A stretch of 64,000 nt of DNA, from contig OY762911.1 in assembly GCA_963666565.1 (NCBI GenBank), positions 4,672,001 to 4,736,000 on the forward strand. The letters are read 5' to 3'. The notes beneath the pieces are model-generated. The model was not told the origin of the DNA. It did not search any database and saw nothing but the letters and a program-made list of their open reading frames with translations. Positions 20,801 to 30,116 of the stretch are shown in pieces. Source of the stretch: Thermoanaerobaculia bacterium (lineage in GTDB: Bacteria > Acidobacteriota > Thermoanaerobaculia > Multivoradales > Multivoraceae). A program made the position numbers and the translations under genes. Position 1 is the first letter of the stretch. The number at the start of each line of letters is the position of its first letter.

Positions 20801-23404
20801 GGCCGGTTCGCTCATCTGGCCCCCTTGTCGCTGAAGCTCGCCCGCCGCCTGGGTGAAAACCCCGATCTGCTCGCCACGCTCAAGCGGGTCGGTTTGAATG
20901 TCTATCCGACGGAAGACGACCAAGGCGGGCCCGAGTTGCTCGAAGCTCTGGCGGACGCCCACGACAAGAAAGAGATGCCCGCCGGCGGATTCGACGTCTT
21001 CCTCGGTCAGGTGCGTCACGCCTGGAGGCACCTTGACCCCAGCGGCGAAGTGCCGGAGCGTTTCCTCGTCCGGACCCGGGCGCGCAGGTTCGAGGTCAAG
21101 AGAGCGGCCGAACTGTCCGGCGTCTATCTGCCCGATCACAACACGCGTAGCCGCTCGCTTCGCGACCACGAGAAACCGATCGTCGAGATGCGCCTCGCGG
21201 AGGCGCAGGGCGCCGTCGGCGATCGGCTCGACACGATCGACTTGAGGCGCGCGTCGAATCTGCGCGAACGCTGCCTCGCAGACGGCATACCGCTGCTCGA
21301 CGACGCGACCGCCGGCGCCGTGCCGATCGAAGACACGGAACTGAACTGGCTGCCCCTTGTGCTGTTGACCCTGGCCGCGCACGGGGGCGCGAATCCCCGT
21401 GGACCGGCCACCGACGCCTGGCGGAACGCCATGGGGCGGCTCCGCAGTGCCCTCGTGCGTCGCTGCGGCTCGCTCGCGGTGGAACTGATGGACGCCGACA
21501 AGGTCGTTGCCCACGGCGAGCCCCGGGCCCACTGGCTCCCCCAGCACGGGGTGCTGCTGCTTGGCCACGAGGCGGAGTACGAGGACTTGGCATCCGCGAG
21601 CCAGGCGATTCTCGAACGTCAGGATCTTCTGAAGGACCTCCGCCTCGTCCTGGGGAATCTCGCGGCCGCTGCGCCGAAACCGACCGGCCAACAGATCGAG
21701 GCCGCACTCGACCGAGCCGAGATCGATGGCGGGGCGGTAGCCGACATTCGCCACAGGTGGTTCGGCGCCACCGCGCTTCTCGTCGACCGCATCCGGCCGG
21801 TTCTCAGGTTGCTCGGGGTAGCCGGCGCAGGCCTCGACGCAGCAGCCGGCGATACGCGGGCCCTCGAGGCATGGCTGAAAGCGCACCTGCCGGAACGTAG
21901 CGGCAGATGCTGGGCGCCGGAAGAACTCATCAGGGCCGCCAGACGAAGCCGCGACGACCAGGAAATGGGACGCGAGGCCTTTCGGCGCCTCGGCGAAGAC
22001 GCTCAGCTCCCAGCCTGGAACAACGCGCTGGCCGAGCTCGGCGACCGCTACGCGAAGGTGGCGAACGACGACGCAGCCGATCAGGCAAAGCGGCACGCCG
22101 AGGACGCCGCGCCGCTGCTTCGAGCGCTTGCCCACCACGTTGCCGACGAAACGGGCGACGCGGACCTGTTCCTCAGGATGGAAGAGGCGGGCCGGGAGTT
22201 CAAGGCGCCAGCCGACTGGGGCACTCGATGGTGGGAGGTACCTCTCGATGCGGTGCTGGGACAACTGCGTACGGCCTACCTGGGGGAACTGGCCGTTGAC
22301 TCGGGCCTAATCGACGCCCTCGACGGCCCGAGCACGCTCGCGGACCTTCGCGAAGCACTCAAGCAGAGACGAATCGCCCTCGACGTCGACCCGTATGAGA
22401 CCTTCCGCCAGAACGGGAACCGACTCAGCAAGGCGATCGGCCAAGTCCGCGATCTCCACCGGGCGTGGCTGGAGATCTCAGGAGCAGACCCGATCCCTCC
22501 CCGGGACGAAGCCCCCGGGTCGCCACGATTGGACTCCTCGGCGTACCTTCGGGACTGGTCCGAGGCCGAGATCTTCGGGCAAGCGCTTGAGATGGTGGAT
22601 GACGCGGCGTTGCGAAGGAAGTGCGCCGGTTGCAGCGCCGTCCACGCGGCGCGAGAGCGGCTTGGGGTCACTCCAGAGGCTGTTGAACACGCGACGCGGA
22701 AGCGCGAGGAGCGCCAGCGGGAAAAGGAACGAGAGAAGAGGACCTTCACGATTGCGGGAAAGTCGTTTGAAGTGGATGGTCCCGAGAGCTACGGCGATCT
22801 TCTGGCTCGTCTCGACGCATTGCCGGAACCGAAGGGGCCCAGCGTCAAGAGCGAAGAGTCGACGCGGCTGGTCCCACCGGGGCCCGGTCCAACCTCGAGC
22901 CAGAAGTCCATCCCAGGCTCGGGCGGCAAGACCTCCCACCTGTACTCGCGACCCCACCTTCCCGGCCTAGTCGGGATCGTCGGCGAGATGCACGCCTATC
23001 GCTACCTTCGGTCTGACTTCGGCAGCGGGGTCGTGACACCTGCCGCGTGGGTGTCCGAGAACGGCCTCAAGGTCCTGCCACCGGCAAGTAGCGAGAAGCG
23101 TGACGCGAGCGACAGCTACGGCTTCGACTTCCGATTCACAAGCAGCGGAATCACCTGGCACTTCGAGGTCAAAGCGACCAGGGAGGACGAGACGAGCTTC
23201 TCGCTACCGCCGAGCGAGATTCGCGCAGCCACGAGACTCGCAAACAGCGGCCACCACTGGCGGATACTCCGCATCAGGCATGCGTTCTCCGACACGCCGC
23301 GAATCGACTTGCTCCCCAACCCCTTCGAGACGGGGTTCTCGAACCTCTTTCGACTCAGCAGCGGCGGGCTGACTGTGCGCTACGCACTGGGCGCCGATAT
23401 GTAG
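17834..23404 (+). CDS. large sacsin-like GHKL ATPase with a C-terminal DUF3883/NOV-like PD-(D/E)XK domain; putative defence protein
   Basis: N-terminus ELLQNAHDA..VANSGRPF..VGNKGLGFQSV; C-terminus GIVGEMHAYRYL..WVSEN..DSYGFDF..FEVKAT..SEIRAA. Confidence 0.75.
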   Translation: MRSPGRQEGDRLIEAQAQRQVQTFFDELKNGTRNYRTVASLSGQITQEYRGRCVLELLQNAHDALAGAGPDDPRLISFVLVAEPEPELLVANSGRPFRRKDFEGICQLGQSPKDPNESVGNKGLGFQSVLEVSTRPEVWSTAAAEDSLEFAFGFDPAGMRRLVEQAAAEIERGSSTPQASTGRRIINWSQEQLLDYQRHDRSGGAVDATREARRYLSPYSIPLPIAETPPEVAELLGAGHVTVIRLRIDGGRTRAVDEAIEDPDQPAGATADQRLAVNEAIDAIKDQLDELDARSTVFLQDLEKLTIDIDGERRVLERIVDSTAEVPASRPAREQVLLVGGPAQTALADTTREFRVWTRGLGGDGDLAEARRIRDAVKHLPNRWPEVRQVEVGVAVEDTESPEPGAFVIFLPTEVGTGAGALVNAPFYGSLDRRQINFEDEYNSLLLEYVMDLALDVATELAAGPTEVWRARAVIDLLASAGPTPADGRPAPMDRVRQRADDTQRDLDKAALLLCDAGWRRAETARFMPDVPGDGPLGADPWRESAAFDVVSSGLDGRRKDVEALLDCFGGSSKPAPAEWVNTVERLADRIHRGGIDVPWDAFLTSLGTVLPQEIRSEPRTGTADPLSNAEFLPTQDGRVLSASGGVQIFFRPRRGFDDAAEFVDRVPDALADRIAFLHDGVRTHEGPQRRNTEVQGFLSGRNGRFVQSFRREDLLREVILPALPELPAEHGTPEADRCSEILGWTLLLLGGEELEAVDDLLRRLPVACHGGWLAAGKAAFGPGWPSRHGECLQTLADGLPEGGRRVLDLALLPPRDPRWRLDSAAPNELLERAGVIDGLPLETAEPLLFAMSAKYRELPRNAPRGIPQDAWDDWLDAVDAELKPEIKSRTAYRLADVHLASEIHSLPNLDAPAGEALSDLILSSLGKWDGAWESAMVTRPRYPNFPTGITSPLKHWLTTLPWLHDNQIKPRPLCRRWFVPESLLRGQGGRFAHLAPLSLKLARRLGENPDLLATLKRVGLNVYPTEDDQGGPELLEALADAHDKKEMPAGGFDVFLGQVRHAWRHLDPSGEVPERFLVRTRARRFEVKRAAELSGVYLPDHNTRSRSLRDHEKPIVEMRLAEAQGAVGDRLDTIDLRRASNLRERCLADGIPLLDDATAGAVPIEDTELNWLPLVLLTLAAHGGANPRGPATDAWRNAMGRLRSALVRRCGSLAVELMDADKVVAHGEPRAHWLPQHGVLLLGHEAEYEDLASASQAILERQDLLKDLRLVLGNLAAAAPKPTGQQIEAALDRAEIDGGAVADIRHRWFGATALLVDRIRPVLRLLGVAGAGLDAAAGDTRALEAWLKAHLPERSGRCWAPEELIRAARRSRDDQEMGREAFRRLGEDAQLPAWNNALAELGDRYAKVANDDAADQAKRHAEDAAPLLRALAHHVADETGDADLFLRMEEAGREFKAPADWGTRWWEVPLDAVLGQLRTAYLGELAVDSGLIDALDGPSTLADLREALKQRRIALDVDPYETFRQNGNRLSKAIGQVRDLHRAWLEISGADPIPPRDEAPGSPRLDSSAYLRDWSEAEIFGQALEMVDDAALRRKCAGCSAVHAARERLGVTPEAVEHATRKREERQREKEREKRTFTIAGKSFEVDGPESYGDLLARLDALPEPKGPSVKSEESTRLVPPGPGPTSSQKSIPGSGGKTSHLYSRPHLPGLVGIVGEMHAYRYLRSDFGSGVVTPAAWVSENGLKVLPPASSEKRDASDSYGFDFRFTSSGITWHFEVKATREDETSFSLPPSEIRAATRLANSGHHWRILRIRHAFSDTPRIDLLPNPFETGFSNLFRLSSGGLTVRYALGADM

Positions 23405-23425
23405 CTGCCGCGACCAAACGCGCGA

Positions 23426-24028
23426 TCACCTGTACGGAAACAGCCTCCGCACTTCGAGCTCAATCTCCACGCCCGGCACTCTCAGCCGATCGTCGCCGTC
23501 GTGGACCGATCGCTCGCTATAGCCGTCAGGCCCGGGCGCGCTGCACGCTTCGACGGTACGACTTCCCAAGTCGACCAGCCAGAACTCCCGGATGCCGTGG
23601 CGGGCGTAGAGCCGCGCCTTGACCCGGCGGTCGTAGTCTCGGGTCGTGTCCGAGACCTCGATGGCGAGGAGCACGTCCTCGGGCCGCGGGAGACTCTGGC
23701 TGTACGCGTCATCGCGCCTGACGAGCACGCAGACGTCGGGCTGCGGCTCCGTGGCGTCATCGAGACGAATCGGGCTCTGAACCCGGATGGAGGCGCGGCG
23801 GTCGACCGCGCCGAAGAGGAACTCGGCAAGGAGGTCGACACAGGCCGCGTGGCGACTTCCGACGGGGGACATCACGACGATTTCTCCTTCGATGAGCTCG
23901 ACCCGGTCGTCTTCGCTCAGGATTCCCGCCCGCGCCATCGCGTGGTAGTCGTCCACCGTGAACAACCGTCTGGCGGGTGTAGCAGGCGGTGTCCCCTCCG
24001 CCCTCGTCTTTCGCGCGGCCACCGTCAT
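23426..24028 (-). CDS. Uma2 family putative endonuclease
   Basis: FTVDDYHAM..RVELIEGEIVVMSP, EPQPDV, LAIEVSDTT..YDR..KARLYARHGIREFWLVD. Confidence 0.92.
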   Translation of the reverse strand: MTVAARKTRAEGTPPATPARRLFTVDDYHAMARAGILSEDDRVELIEGEIVVMSPVGSRHAACVDLLAEFLFGAVDRRASIRVQSPIRLDDATEPQPDVCVLVRRDDAYSQSLPRPEDVLLAIEVSDTTRDYDRRVKARLYARHGIREFWLVDLGSRTVEACSAPGPDGYSERSVHDGDDRLRVPGVEIELEVRRLFPYR

Positions 24029-24106
24029 ACCGTGGATCTTACCCGCGGAGGCGAACCGCTCCAGCGTTGGTGATGCGGATCCGGCAACGTGGCCGCCCGC
24101 ACGGGG

Positions 24107-25318
24107 CTACAGCGACGCCGCGCCGTGGTACGCCCGCGCGACCCAGGCCATGAGCTGGGCGCATAGCAGCCCCAGCGGCGTGCCGACCAGGTTGCCGAGT
24201 ACGCCCATCAGCACCCCGACCGCGGCCAGGGCGGGCTGGAACACGCCAGCGACGACCGGAGTCGAGATGACGCCGCCGACGTTGCCCATGCTGCCGGTCG
24301 CAAACAGGAAGATCGGCGCGCGCAGAAGGCGCATCGCGAGGAACAGGCAGGCGACGTGGATGCCGATCCAGACGACGCCGACGCCCAGCACCAGAGGCGC
24401 CTCGGCAATGGCGGCGAGGTCGCCGCCCGCACCCATCGTCGCGACCATCAGGTAGAGGCCGCCGTAGGCCACCGGCGTAGCTCCCCGGTGTTCGAGACGC
24501 CGGATCGGCGTGAACGACAGTCCCAGGCCAAGCGCGACGACCAGCAGGATGCCCCAGGTGAAGTGCGACAGCACGGAGCCCACCTGCGGCAGCAGCTCGC
24601 CGCCGCGCATGCAGAGCCAGCTACCGACCAGGCCGACGCCGAGCATGGAGGCGAAGGCCGGCAGCGTGATCGGCCGCGCGTTCTCGGCCTGGACCTGCTG
24701 CAGCCGCCGGTTCAGTGCGTCGAGTTCTTCGCGGCGCGCCCGGTTCCAGCGGTCGATCCGGTTCTGGTGGCCACTCAGCAGGATGACGATCGACATCCAG
24801 CCGTAACCGACGACCGAGTCGACGATGATCATCGGAGCGAAGACGTCGTCGGGAGCGCCGACGCCCTCCTTGATCGCGATCATGTTCGACAAGCCGCCGA
24901 TCCAGGAGCCGGACAGCGCTCCCAGCCCCTTCCAGATCTGCGGGTCGTCGAGGAACGGCTGGAAGATGGCCAGCGCGATCGGTCCGCCGATCACGATGCC
25001 GACCGACCCCGACAGCAGCATCGCCGCGGCGAGCGGTCCCAGGCGCCTGATCGCCGGCACGTCGGTCGCGAGCACCAGGAGCAGCAGCGAGCACGGCATC
25101 AGGTAGTCGGTGCACCAGTCGTAGAAGGCCGACTCGGCCGGAGTGATGCCGGCCGTGGTCAGCACCACCGGCAGCAGGTAGATCCAGACGATCGGCGGCA
25201 GGTAGCTGAACAGCCGGTCGAGCGGCTTCGTCTGCGCCAGCACGAAGATCAGGGCCACGAAGCCGGCGAAGAAGACGAGCAGCGCGGTCGGGTCGTCGAT
25301 CAGGGCCGGCGCCGTCAT
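24107..25318 (-). CDS. DUF819 family membrane protein
   Basis: Multiple hydrophobic segments; LSGSWIGG..NM and SMGNVGG motifs; ATG 25318 (MTAPALIDDP). Confidence 0.85.
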   Translation of the reverse strand: MTAPALIDDPTALLVFFAGFVALIFVLAQTKPLDRLFSYLPPIVWIYLLPVVLTTAGITPAESAFYDWCTDYLMPCSLLLLVLATDVPAIRRLGPLAAAMLLSGSVGIVIGGPIALAIFQPFLDDPQIWKGLGALSGSWIGGLSNMIAIKEGVGAPDDVFAPMIIVDSVVGYGWMSIVILLSGHQNRIDRWNRARREELDALNRRLQQVQAENARPITLPAFASMLGVGLVGSWLCMRGGELLPQVGSVLSHFTWGILLVVALGLGLSFTPIRRLEHRGATPVAYGGLYLMVATMGAGGDLAAIAEAPLVLGVGVVWIGIHVACLFLAMRLLRAPIFLFATGSMGNVGGVISTPVVAGVFQPALAAVGVLMGVLGNLVGTPLGLLCAQLMAWVARAYHGAASL

Positions 25319-25399
25319 CGCGGGCGATTGTAGTCGCGGGCTGGCTGCTATCTTCCGACGCCACCTTCCCGAGCCTGACCTGCCAGGAGAGCTTCGCCC

Positions 25400-26443
25400 A
25401 TGAGACATCGCACACCGGCCATCGTGTCCGCGCTGACGGCGACCTTCCTCCTGCTGGGTTCCGCCGCCGCTGCCCAGTTCGGAGCGCGGCCGCCCAACCG
25501 GTCGTCCCTGCTCGACGACGGCGCCCTCCACGTCGTCATCTGCGGCAGCGGTTCGCCGTTGCCGAGCATCGACCGTGCCGGACCCTGCACGGCGGTGATC
25601 GCCGGGGGCCGGATGTTCCTGATCGATGTCGGCCCCGGCTCGACGGAGAACCTCCGCCTCTGGGGATTGCCGGTCGGCAGTCTGGCCGGCGTCCTGCTGA
25701 CCCACTTCCACTCCGACCACATCGGCGAACTCGGCGAGGTCGTCTTCGCGAGTTGGACATCGGGCAGGGCCGTGCCCCTGGACGTGTACGGCCCGGCGGG
25801 CGTCGAACAGGTCGTCGCCGGCTTCCAGGCAGCCTACGAACTGGACGTCTCCTACCGTGTCGCCCACCACGGCGCCGACGTGCTGCCGCCGGAGGGCGGC
25901 AAGGCGAACGGGCACGCCATCGAACTCGCCGAGGACGCCCCCTCGCGCGTCTTCTACGACGAAGACGGGCTGAAGATCGCCGCGTTCCTGGTCGAGCATG
26001 AACCGATCTCGCCGGCGCTCGGCTACCGCGTCGACTACGGCGGCCGCTCGGTCGTGGTCAGCGGCGACACGATCCGTTCGGCGAACGTGGAGGCGGCGAG
26101 CCAGGGCGTCGACGTCCTGGTCCACGAGGTCCTGTCCGGCGCCCTGATCGGCGGGGCGGCGCAGGCGCTCGATAGCGCCGGCAACGAACGGACCGCGACG
26201 ATGCTCCGGGACACGCTCGACTACCACACCTTCCCCGCCGACGTGCACGCCCTCGCCGCCGACGCGAAGGTGAAGCTGCTGGTGCTGAGCCACCTCGTGC
26301 CGCCGCTGCCCGCGGCGCAGGCCGAGGGCGTGTTCATGCGCGGCCGGGCCGAGGACGCCCCGAACGATGCGGTTGTCGCCGCCGACGGCATGCATATCTC
26401 GCTGCCGGCGAACAGCGACGAACGGACGATCGAGAACTTCTAG
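25400..26443 (+). CDS. secreted MBL-fold metallo-hydrolase (RNase Z/arylsulfatase-like)
   Basis: Signal peptide; CGSGSP, THFHSDHIG, VVSGDT, LVHE, YHT and LSHLVP. Confidence 0.88.
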   Translation: MRHRTPAIVSALTATFLLLGSAAAAQFGARPPNRSSLLDDGALHVVICGSGSPLPSIDRAGPCTAVIAGGRMFLIDVGPGSTENLRLWGLPVGSLAGVLLTHFHSDHIGELGEVVFASWTSGRAVPLDVYGPAGVEQVVAGFQAAYELDVSYRVAHHGADVLPPEGGKANGHAIELAEDAPSRVFYDEDGLKIAAFLVEHEPISPALGYRVDYGGRSVVVSGDTIRSANVEAASQGVDVLVHEVLSGALIGGAAQALDSAGNERTATMLRDTLDYHTFPADVHALAADAKVKLLVLSHLVPPLPAAQAEGVFMRGRAEDAPNDAVVAADGMHISLPANSDERTIENF

Positions 26444-26452
26444 CCTCGCACG

Positions 26453-27274
26453 ATGACGACCTGGGACGCCGAACTCGAGTTCGCGGTCGAAACCGCGTGG
26501 ATCGCCGGCCAGTTGACGCTCGAGTTCTTCCGCCACGGAGTCGAGGAGGAGCTCAAGAGCGACCGCTCGCCAGTCACCGAGGCCGACCGCGGCGCCGAGG
26601 AACTGATCCGCTCCCGCATCGCCGAGACCTTTCCCGGCGACTCGATCGTCGGCGAGGAGTTCGGCACGGGCGGCGGAATGGCGAGCGCGGACGGCGACGC
26701 CGGCGGAGCAGCGCAAGCGGCCAGCGACGGCGGTGCCGAGCGCCGCTGGTACATCGATCCGATCGACGGGACCCGCTCCTTCGTCCGCGGCGTACCCCTG
26801 TACGGCATCCTGATCGGCTTGGAGGTCGAGGGCAGGGTGGAGGTCGGCGTCGCCCACTTCCCCGGCATCGGCGAAACAGTGGCGGCCGCCTCCGGCCACG
26901 GCTGCACGCTGAACGGCGAGCCGGCCCAAATCCGCGAAACCGCCAGCCTCGCCGAGAGCTACGTCTCGTTCGGCGATCCGGGCCTCTTCGTCGACTCGCG
27001 CCACCGGAAGGCCTGGCAACGGATGATGAACCACACCGCCTACCGCGTCGGCTGGTCCGACGCCTACGGCCACGCCCTCGTCGCCACCGGAAGGCTCGAA
27101 CTGATGGTCGATCCGAGGATGAGCGCCTGGGACTGCGGGCCCTTTCCCGTCATCCTGCGAGAAGCCGGCGGCTACTTCGGCGACTGGGACGGCAACGAGA
27201 CGATCCACGGCGACCGGGTGTTCAGCACCACGCGACGGCTGCTGCCCGAAGTCCTGGAACTGCTCGCCGACTGA
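26453..27274 (+). CDS. inositol monophosphatase family protein (histidinol-phosphatase-like)
   Basis: SPVTEADRGAE, GEE, IDPIDGTRSF, WD and EAGG motifs. Confidence 0.88.
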   Translation: MTTWDAELEFAVETAWIAGQLTLEFFRHGVEEELKSDRSPVTEADRGAEELIRSRIAETFPGDSIVGEEFGTGGGMASADGDAGGAAQAASDGGAERRWYIDPIDGTRSFVRGVPLYGILIGLEVEGRVEVGVAHFPGIGETVAAASGHGCTLNGEPAQIRETASLAESYVSFGDPGLFVDSRHRKAWQRMMNHTAYRVGWSDAYGHALVATGRLELMVDPRMSAWDCGPFPVILREAGGYFGDWDGNETIHGDRVFSTTRRLLPEVLELLAD

Positions 27275-27277
27275 GCC

Positions 27278-27532
27278 TCAGCCGCCGCCCGTCGGCTCCT
27301 CGCCGTCCTCCAAGGGACCGGCCACGCAGCTCAGCAGTTCCTTCACCTCGTCCAGCCGGTTGTCCGGTACGCAGAGCTTCACCGGCACCGGCGACTTCCC
27401 CATCATCCCCATGCCGAACATGCCGACCCCGGCGCTCTGCACCAGGAACGGAATGTCGTACTGGTCCAGGGCGTGGCCGATCGTCTCGGCCTCGAGCCGG
27501 GAGTCGAAGGTGGCGAGTTCGACGAACTTCAC
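27278..27532 (-). CDS. DUF2007-like small protein
   Basis: VELATFDSRLEAETIGHALDQYDIP..VKLCVP pattern. Confidence 0.6.
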   Translation of the reverse strand: MKFVELATFDSRLEAETIGHALDQYDIPFLVQSAGVGMFGMGMMGKSPVPVKLCVPDNRLDEVKELLSCVAGPLEDGEEPTGGG

Positions 27533-27659
27533 GGATGCGGCGCCTGCAACACGGTCGCCCTCCAGCTTAGCGAAGCCCGGGCTCCCCGGCGCACCGGGTC
27601 CAGCCGCGTCGGCGCGCGGGCAGTTGCCTCAAGACGTCCCGACGTCTATAGTCCCCGGC

Positions 27660-28811
27660 ATGGAACCGCCCCGCCGGCCGCCCGGTCAGGTCCGAGACGC
27701 GATCGTCGCGGTGCTGCGCACGTATCCCGACGGAGCCTCGCCCAGTCTCATCGAGCAGGGAGTGCGGCAGCGCATAGGACCTGTGGCCGGATCGAGCATC
27801 CGCTCCTACCTCCGGTTGAACACGCCGACTCTCTTCGAGAAGCCCGCGCGGGGTCTCTATCGACTGGGCAGCGGTGAACCTCGACGGGGGCCACCCAGCA
27901 GTGAACTCCGGGATGCACTGCCGGCGTTCGACCATGGCGGAGCGTCGATCGTCCATGCCGACTGCCTCGACTGGCTGAGGGCCTGCGAGCCCAGCACGAT
28001 CCACGCCGTGGTCACCGACCCCCCCTATGGCCTCGTCGAGTACTCGACCCGCGAACAGGAGAAGCTCCGTGCCCGGCGCGGCGGCGTGTGGCGCATCCCG
28101 CCTTCCTTCGACGGCGCGAAGCGGTCTCCTCTGCCGCGCTTCACGACTCTGTCCGAAACGGACAAGGAAGCTCTGGAGGCGTTCTTCGAGACCTGGGCAA
28201 GGCTGCTCCTGCCGGTCCTCGTTCCCGGCGCCAACGTCGTCGTCGCCACCAACCCCCTTCTCTCCTACCTGGTTTCGGGCGCGCTCGCGCGCGCCGGCCT
28301 GGAACGGCGCGGCGAACTCGTCCGGCTCGTCACCACGATGCGCGGTGGAGACCGTCCAAAGGGAGCTCACGTCGAGTTCAACGATGTGAGCGTGATGCCC
28401 AGGTCCATGTGGGAGCCGTGGCTGTTGTTCCGCAAGCCACCCGAGGGCAGAATCCAGGACAACCTGCGGAAGTGGGGCACCGGCGGATTCCGGCGCCCCG
28501 AGAGCGGTCGTCCCTTCGGCGACGTGATCCGCTCCGCACCCACTCGGGCCGCGGAGCGAAAGCTCGCGCCGCACCCGAGTCTGAAGCCTCAGCGCTTCCT
28601 CAGGCCAGTTGTGCGAGCCGTCCTGCCCTTGGGCGAAGGAGTCGTGCTCGACCCATTTTGCGGTGCCGCCTCGACTCTGGCCGCGGCAAACGCCATCGGC
28701 TATCGCAGCATCGGCATCGAGAAGGACGCGCACTACTACCGCATGGCGCGCGAGGCGCTGCCGCGGCTCGGCGCCCTGAGGGGCCAGCAGCAGCTCTTCG
28801 ACCGTGCCTAA
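27660..28811 (+). CDS. beta-class N4-C/N6-A DNA methyltransferase with an N-terminal winged-HTH-like domain
   Basis: TDPPY precedes HPSLKP and VLDPFCGAASTL (beta order); N-terminus VRDAIVAVL..SIRSYLRLN..FEKPARGLYRL. Confidence 0.9.
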   Translation: MEPPRRPPGQVRDAIVAVLRTYPDGASPSLIEQGVRQRIGPVAGSSIRSYLRLNTPTLFEKPARGLYRLGSGEPRRGPPSSELRDALPAFDHGGASIVHADCLDWLRACEPSTIHAVVTDPPYGLVEYSTREQEKLRARRGGVWRIPPSFDGAKRSPLPRFTTLSETDKEALEAFFETWARLLLPVLVPGANVVVATNPLLSYLVSGALARAGLERRGELVRLVTTMRGGDRPKGAHVEFNDVSVMPRSMWEPWLLFRKPPEGRIQDNLRKWGTGGFRRPESGRPFGDVIRSAPTRAAERKLAPHPSLKPQRFLRPVVRAVLPLGEGVVLDPFCGAASTLAAANAIGYRSIGIEKDAHYYRMAREALPRLGALRGQQQLFDRA

Positions 28812-29425
28812 CGGTCCGGGGCCCCAGGCAGATAGAGCCAGTTTCGCCGGAACCTCCGGATGCCGTCCCGGTCGAGCGTCGCCGTCCGCGTTCCCAATTC
28901 GCCCCGCTCGTTTCGACGGAAGTCGTCCACCGTCACGTAGCCCAAGTAGACCTCGGTGAAGACCATCGGCCTTCGAGCGCGAGCCGGCTCGGTCACGTGG
29001 TCCGTCTCGTAGACGAAGACGCAGAGCCACTGGTCGCGGGCGCCGTGGAAGTCCACGGCGCCGCCCTTCTTTCGGGTCGTCTTGATCTCGAGCCCCTCTT
29101 CTCCCGCCGCAACGCTGTTGTCGGGATAGACGCCCTCGACGAGGAGATCGGGATGACCGTTGTGGTAGCGGTTCTCGGTCAGACTGCGTGCGTGGTTCGC
29201 GAGGCTCGCCGTCAGCATGTCCGAGACGAAGCCGGACATCGCAGCCGGGCGCAACAGGTCGTCGAGCCGCTTCAACCCTCGCCCAAGCAGGTTGCCGTTG
29301 ACGTCGTGGAGGAAGTCGTAGACGTCCTGCATCGCCAGGTCGAAGTCCTTGACGCGCAGTTCGTAGGGAAGCGGCAGATCCGGGTTGAAGCCGGCAGGAT
29401 CGACCTGGCTCCGCCCGGTGGCCAC
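28808..29425 (-). CDS. putative type II restriction endonuclease (PD-(D/E)XK), convergent with the MTase
   Basis: GHPDLL...GLEIKTT catalytic-like motif; its 3' end overlaps the MTase stop; GTG start at 29425 is inferred. Confidence 0.65.
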   Translation of the reverse strand: MATGRSQVDPAGFNPDLPLPYELRVKDFDLAMQDVYDFLHDVNGNLLGRGLKRLDDLLRPAAMSGFVSDMLTASLANHARSLTENRYHNGHPDLLVEGVYPDNSVAAGEEGLEIKTTRKKGGAVDFHGARDQWLCVFVYETDHVTEPARARRPMVFTEVYLGYVTVDDFRRNERGELGTRTATLDRDGIRRFRRNWLYLPGAPDR

Positions 29426-29448
29426 GGCATCCTGGCGGCCGCCGGGCA

Positions 29449-29904
29449 CTACTCCTCCGGCAACTTCAGCATCAACCCGAGCCGGGTACACCGCGCCACC
29501 AGTTCGTCGCGCTGGTTGTAGGCGCGGTGCTCGAAGGTCACGATGCCGGCGTTGGGGCGCGAGCGGCTTTCCCGCTTGTCCTTGACCTCGGTCTCGATCC
29601 GCAGGGTGTCGCCGTGGAACACGGGCCGCGGGAAGACGACGTCGTTCCAGCCCAGGTTGGCGATCGTGGTGCCGAGGGTCGTGTCGCCGACCGAGATGCC
29701 GACCATCAGGCTGAGGGTGAAGCAACTGTTGACGATCCGCTCGCCGAACTCACTGTCTTTCATCGCCTCCGCGTCGAGGTGGAGGGCCGCCGGGTTGTGG
29801 GTCATCGCGGTGAAGAAGACGTTGTCCGCCTCGGTCACGGTGCGCCGGAGGGCGTGGTCGAAGACCTGGCCGACTTCGAACTGCTCGTAGTAGAGACCTG
29901 CCAT
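29449..29904 (-). CDS. MaoC family dehydratase
   Basis: [27 protein letters not shown] and PVFHGDTL. Confidence 0.9.
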   Translation of the reverse strand: MAGLYYEQFEVGQVFDHALRRTVTEADNVFFTAMTHNPAALHLDAEAMKDSEFGERIVNSCFTLSLMVGISVGDTTLGTTIANLGWNDVVFPRPVFHGDTLRIETEVKDKRESRSRPNAGIVTFEHRAYNQRDELVARCTRLGLMLKLPEE

Positions 29905-30025
29905 GCGGCAACCCTAGCGCGGTGGGGTCGTCGTTGCTTCGCGGCGACGTCTGCCGCCGCACCCGGCGCTGCCAGAGCGGCGCCGGCCTGCCGCCGGCGC
30001 GTCCTTCTGGCCGCCTCCGGCGGTA

Positions 30026-30102
30026 GCGGGTCGGAAGACCCGCGCACCCGGCGGAAGGGTTGTTCCATGCGCGGCAGCGGGTCGGAAGACCCGCGCACCC
30101 AG
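30026..30102 (-). repeat. two co-oriented REP-like palindrome copies
   Basis: GCGGGTCGGAAGACCCGCGCACCC at about 30026-30049 and 30077-30100. Confidence 0.8.
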
Positions 30103-30116
30103 TGTCCGCGCGAGCG

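Noticed and set aside
24107-27208. 1033-aa - strand ORF as a single fusion protein
   Set aside because: Only the last approximately 400 aa (DUF819) look genuine; the rest is antisense to the MBL hydrolase and IMPase genes.
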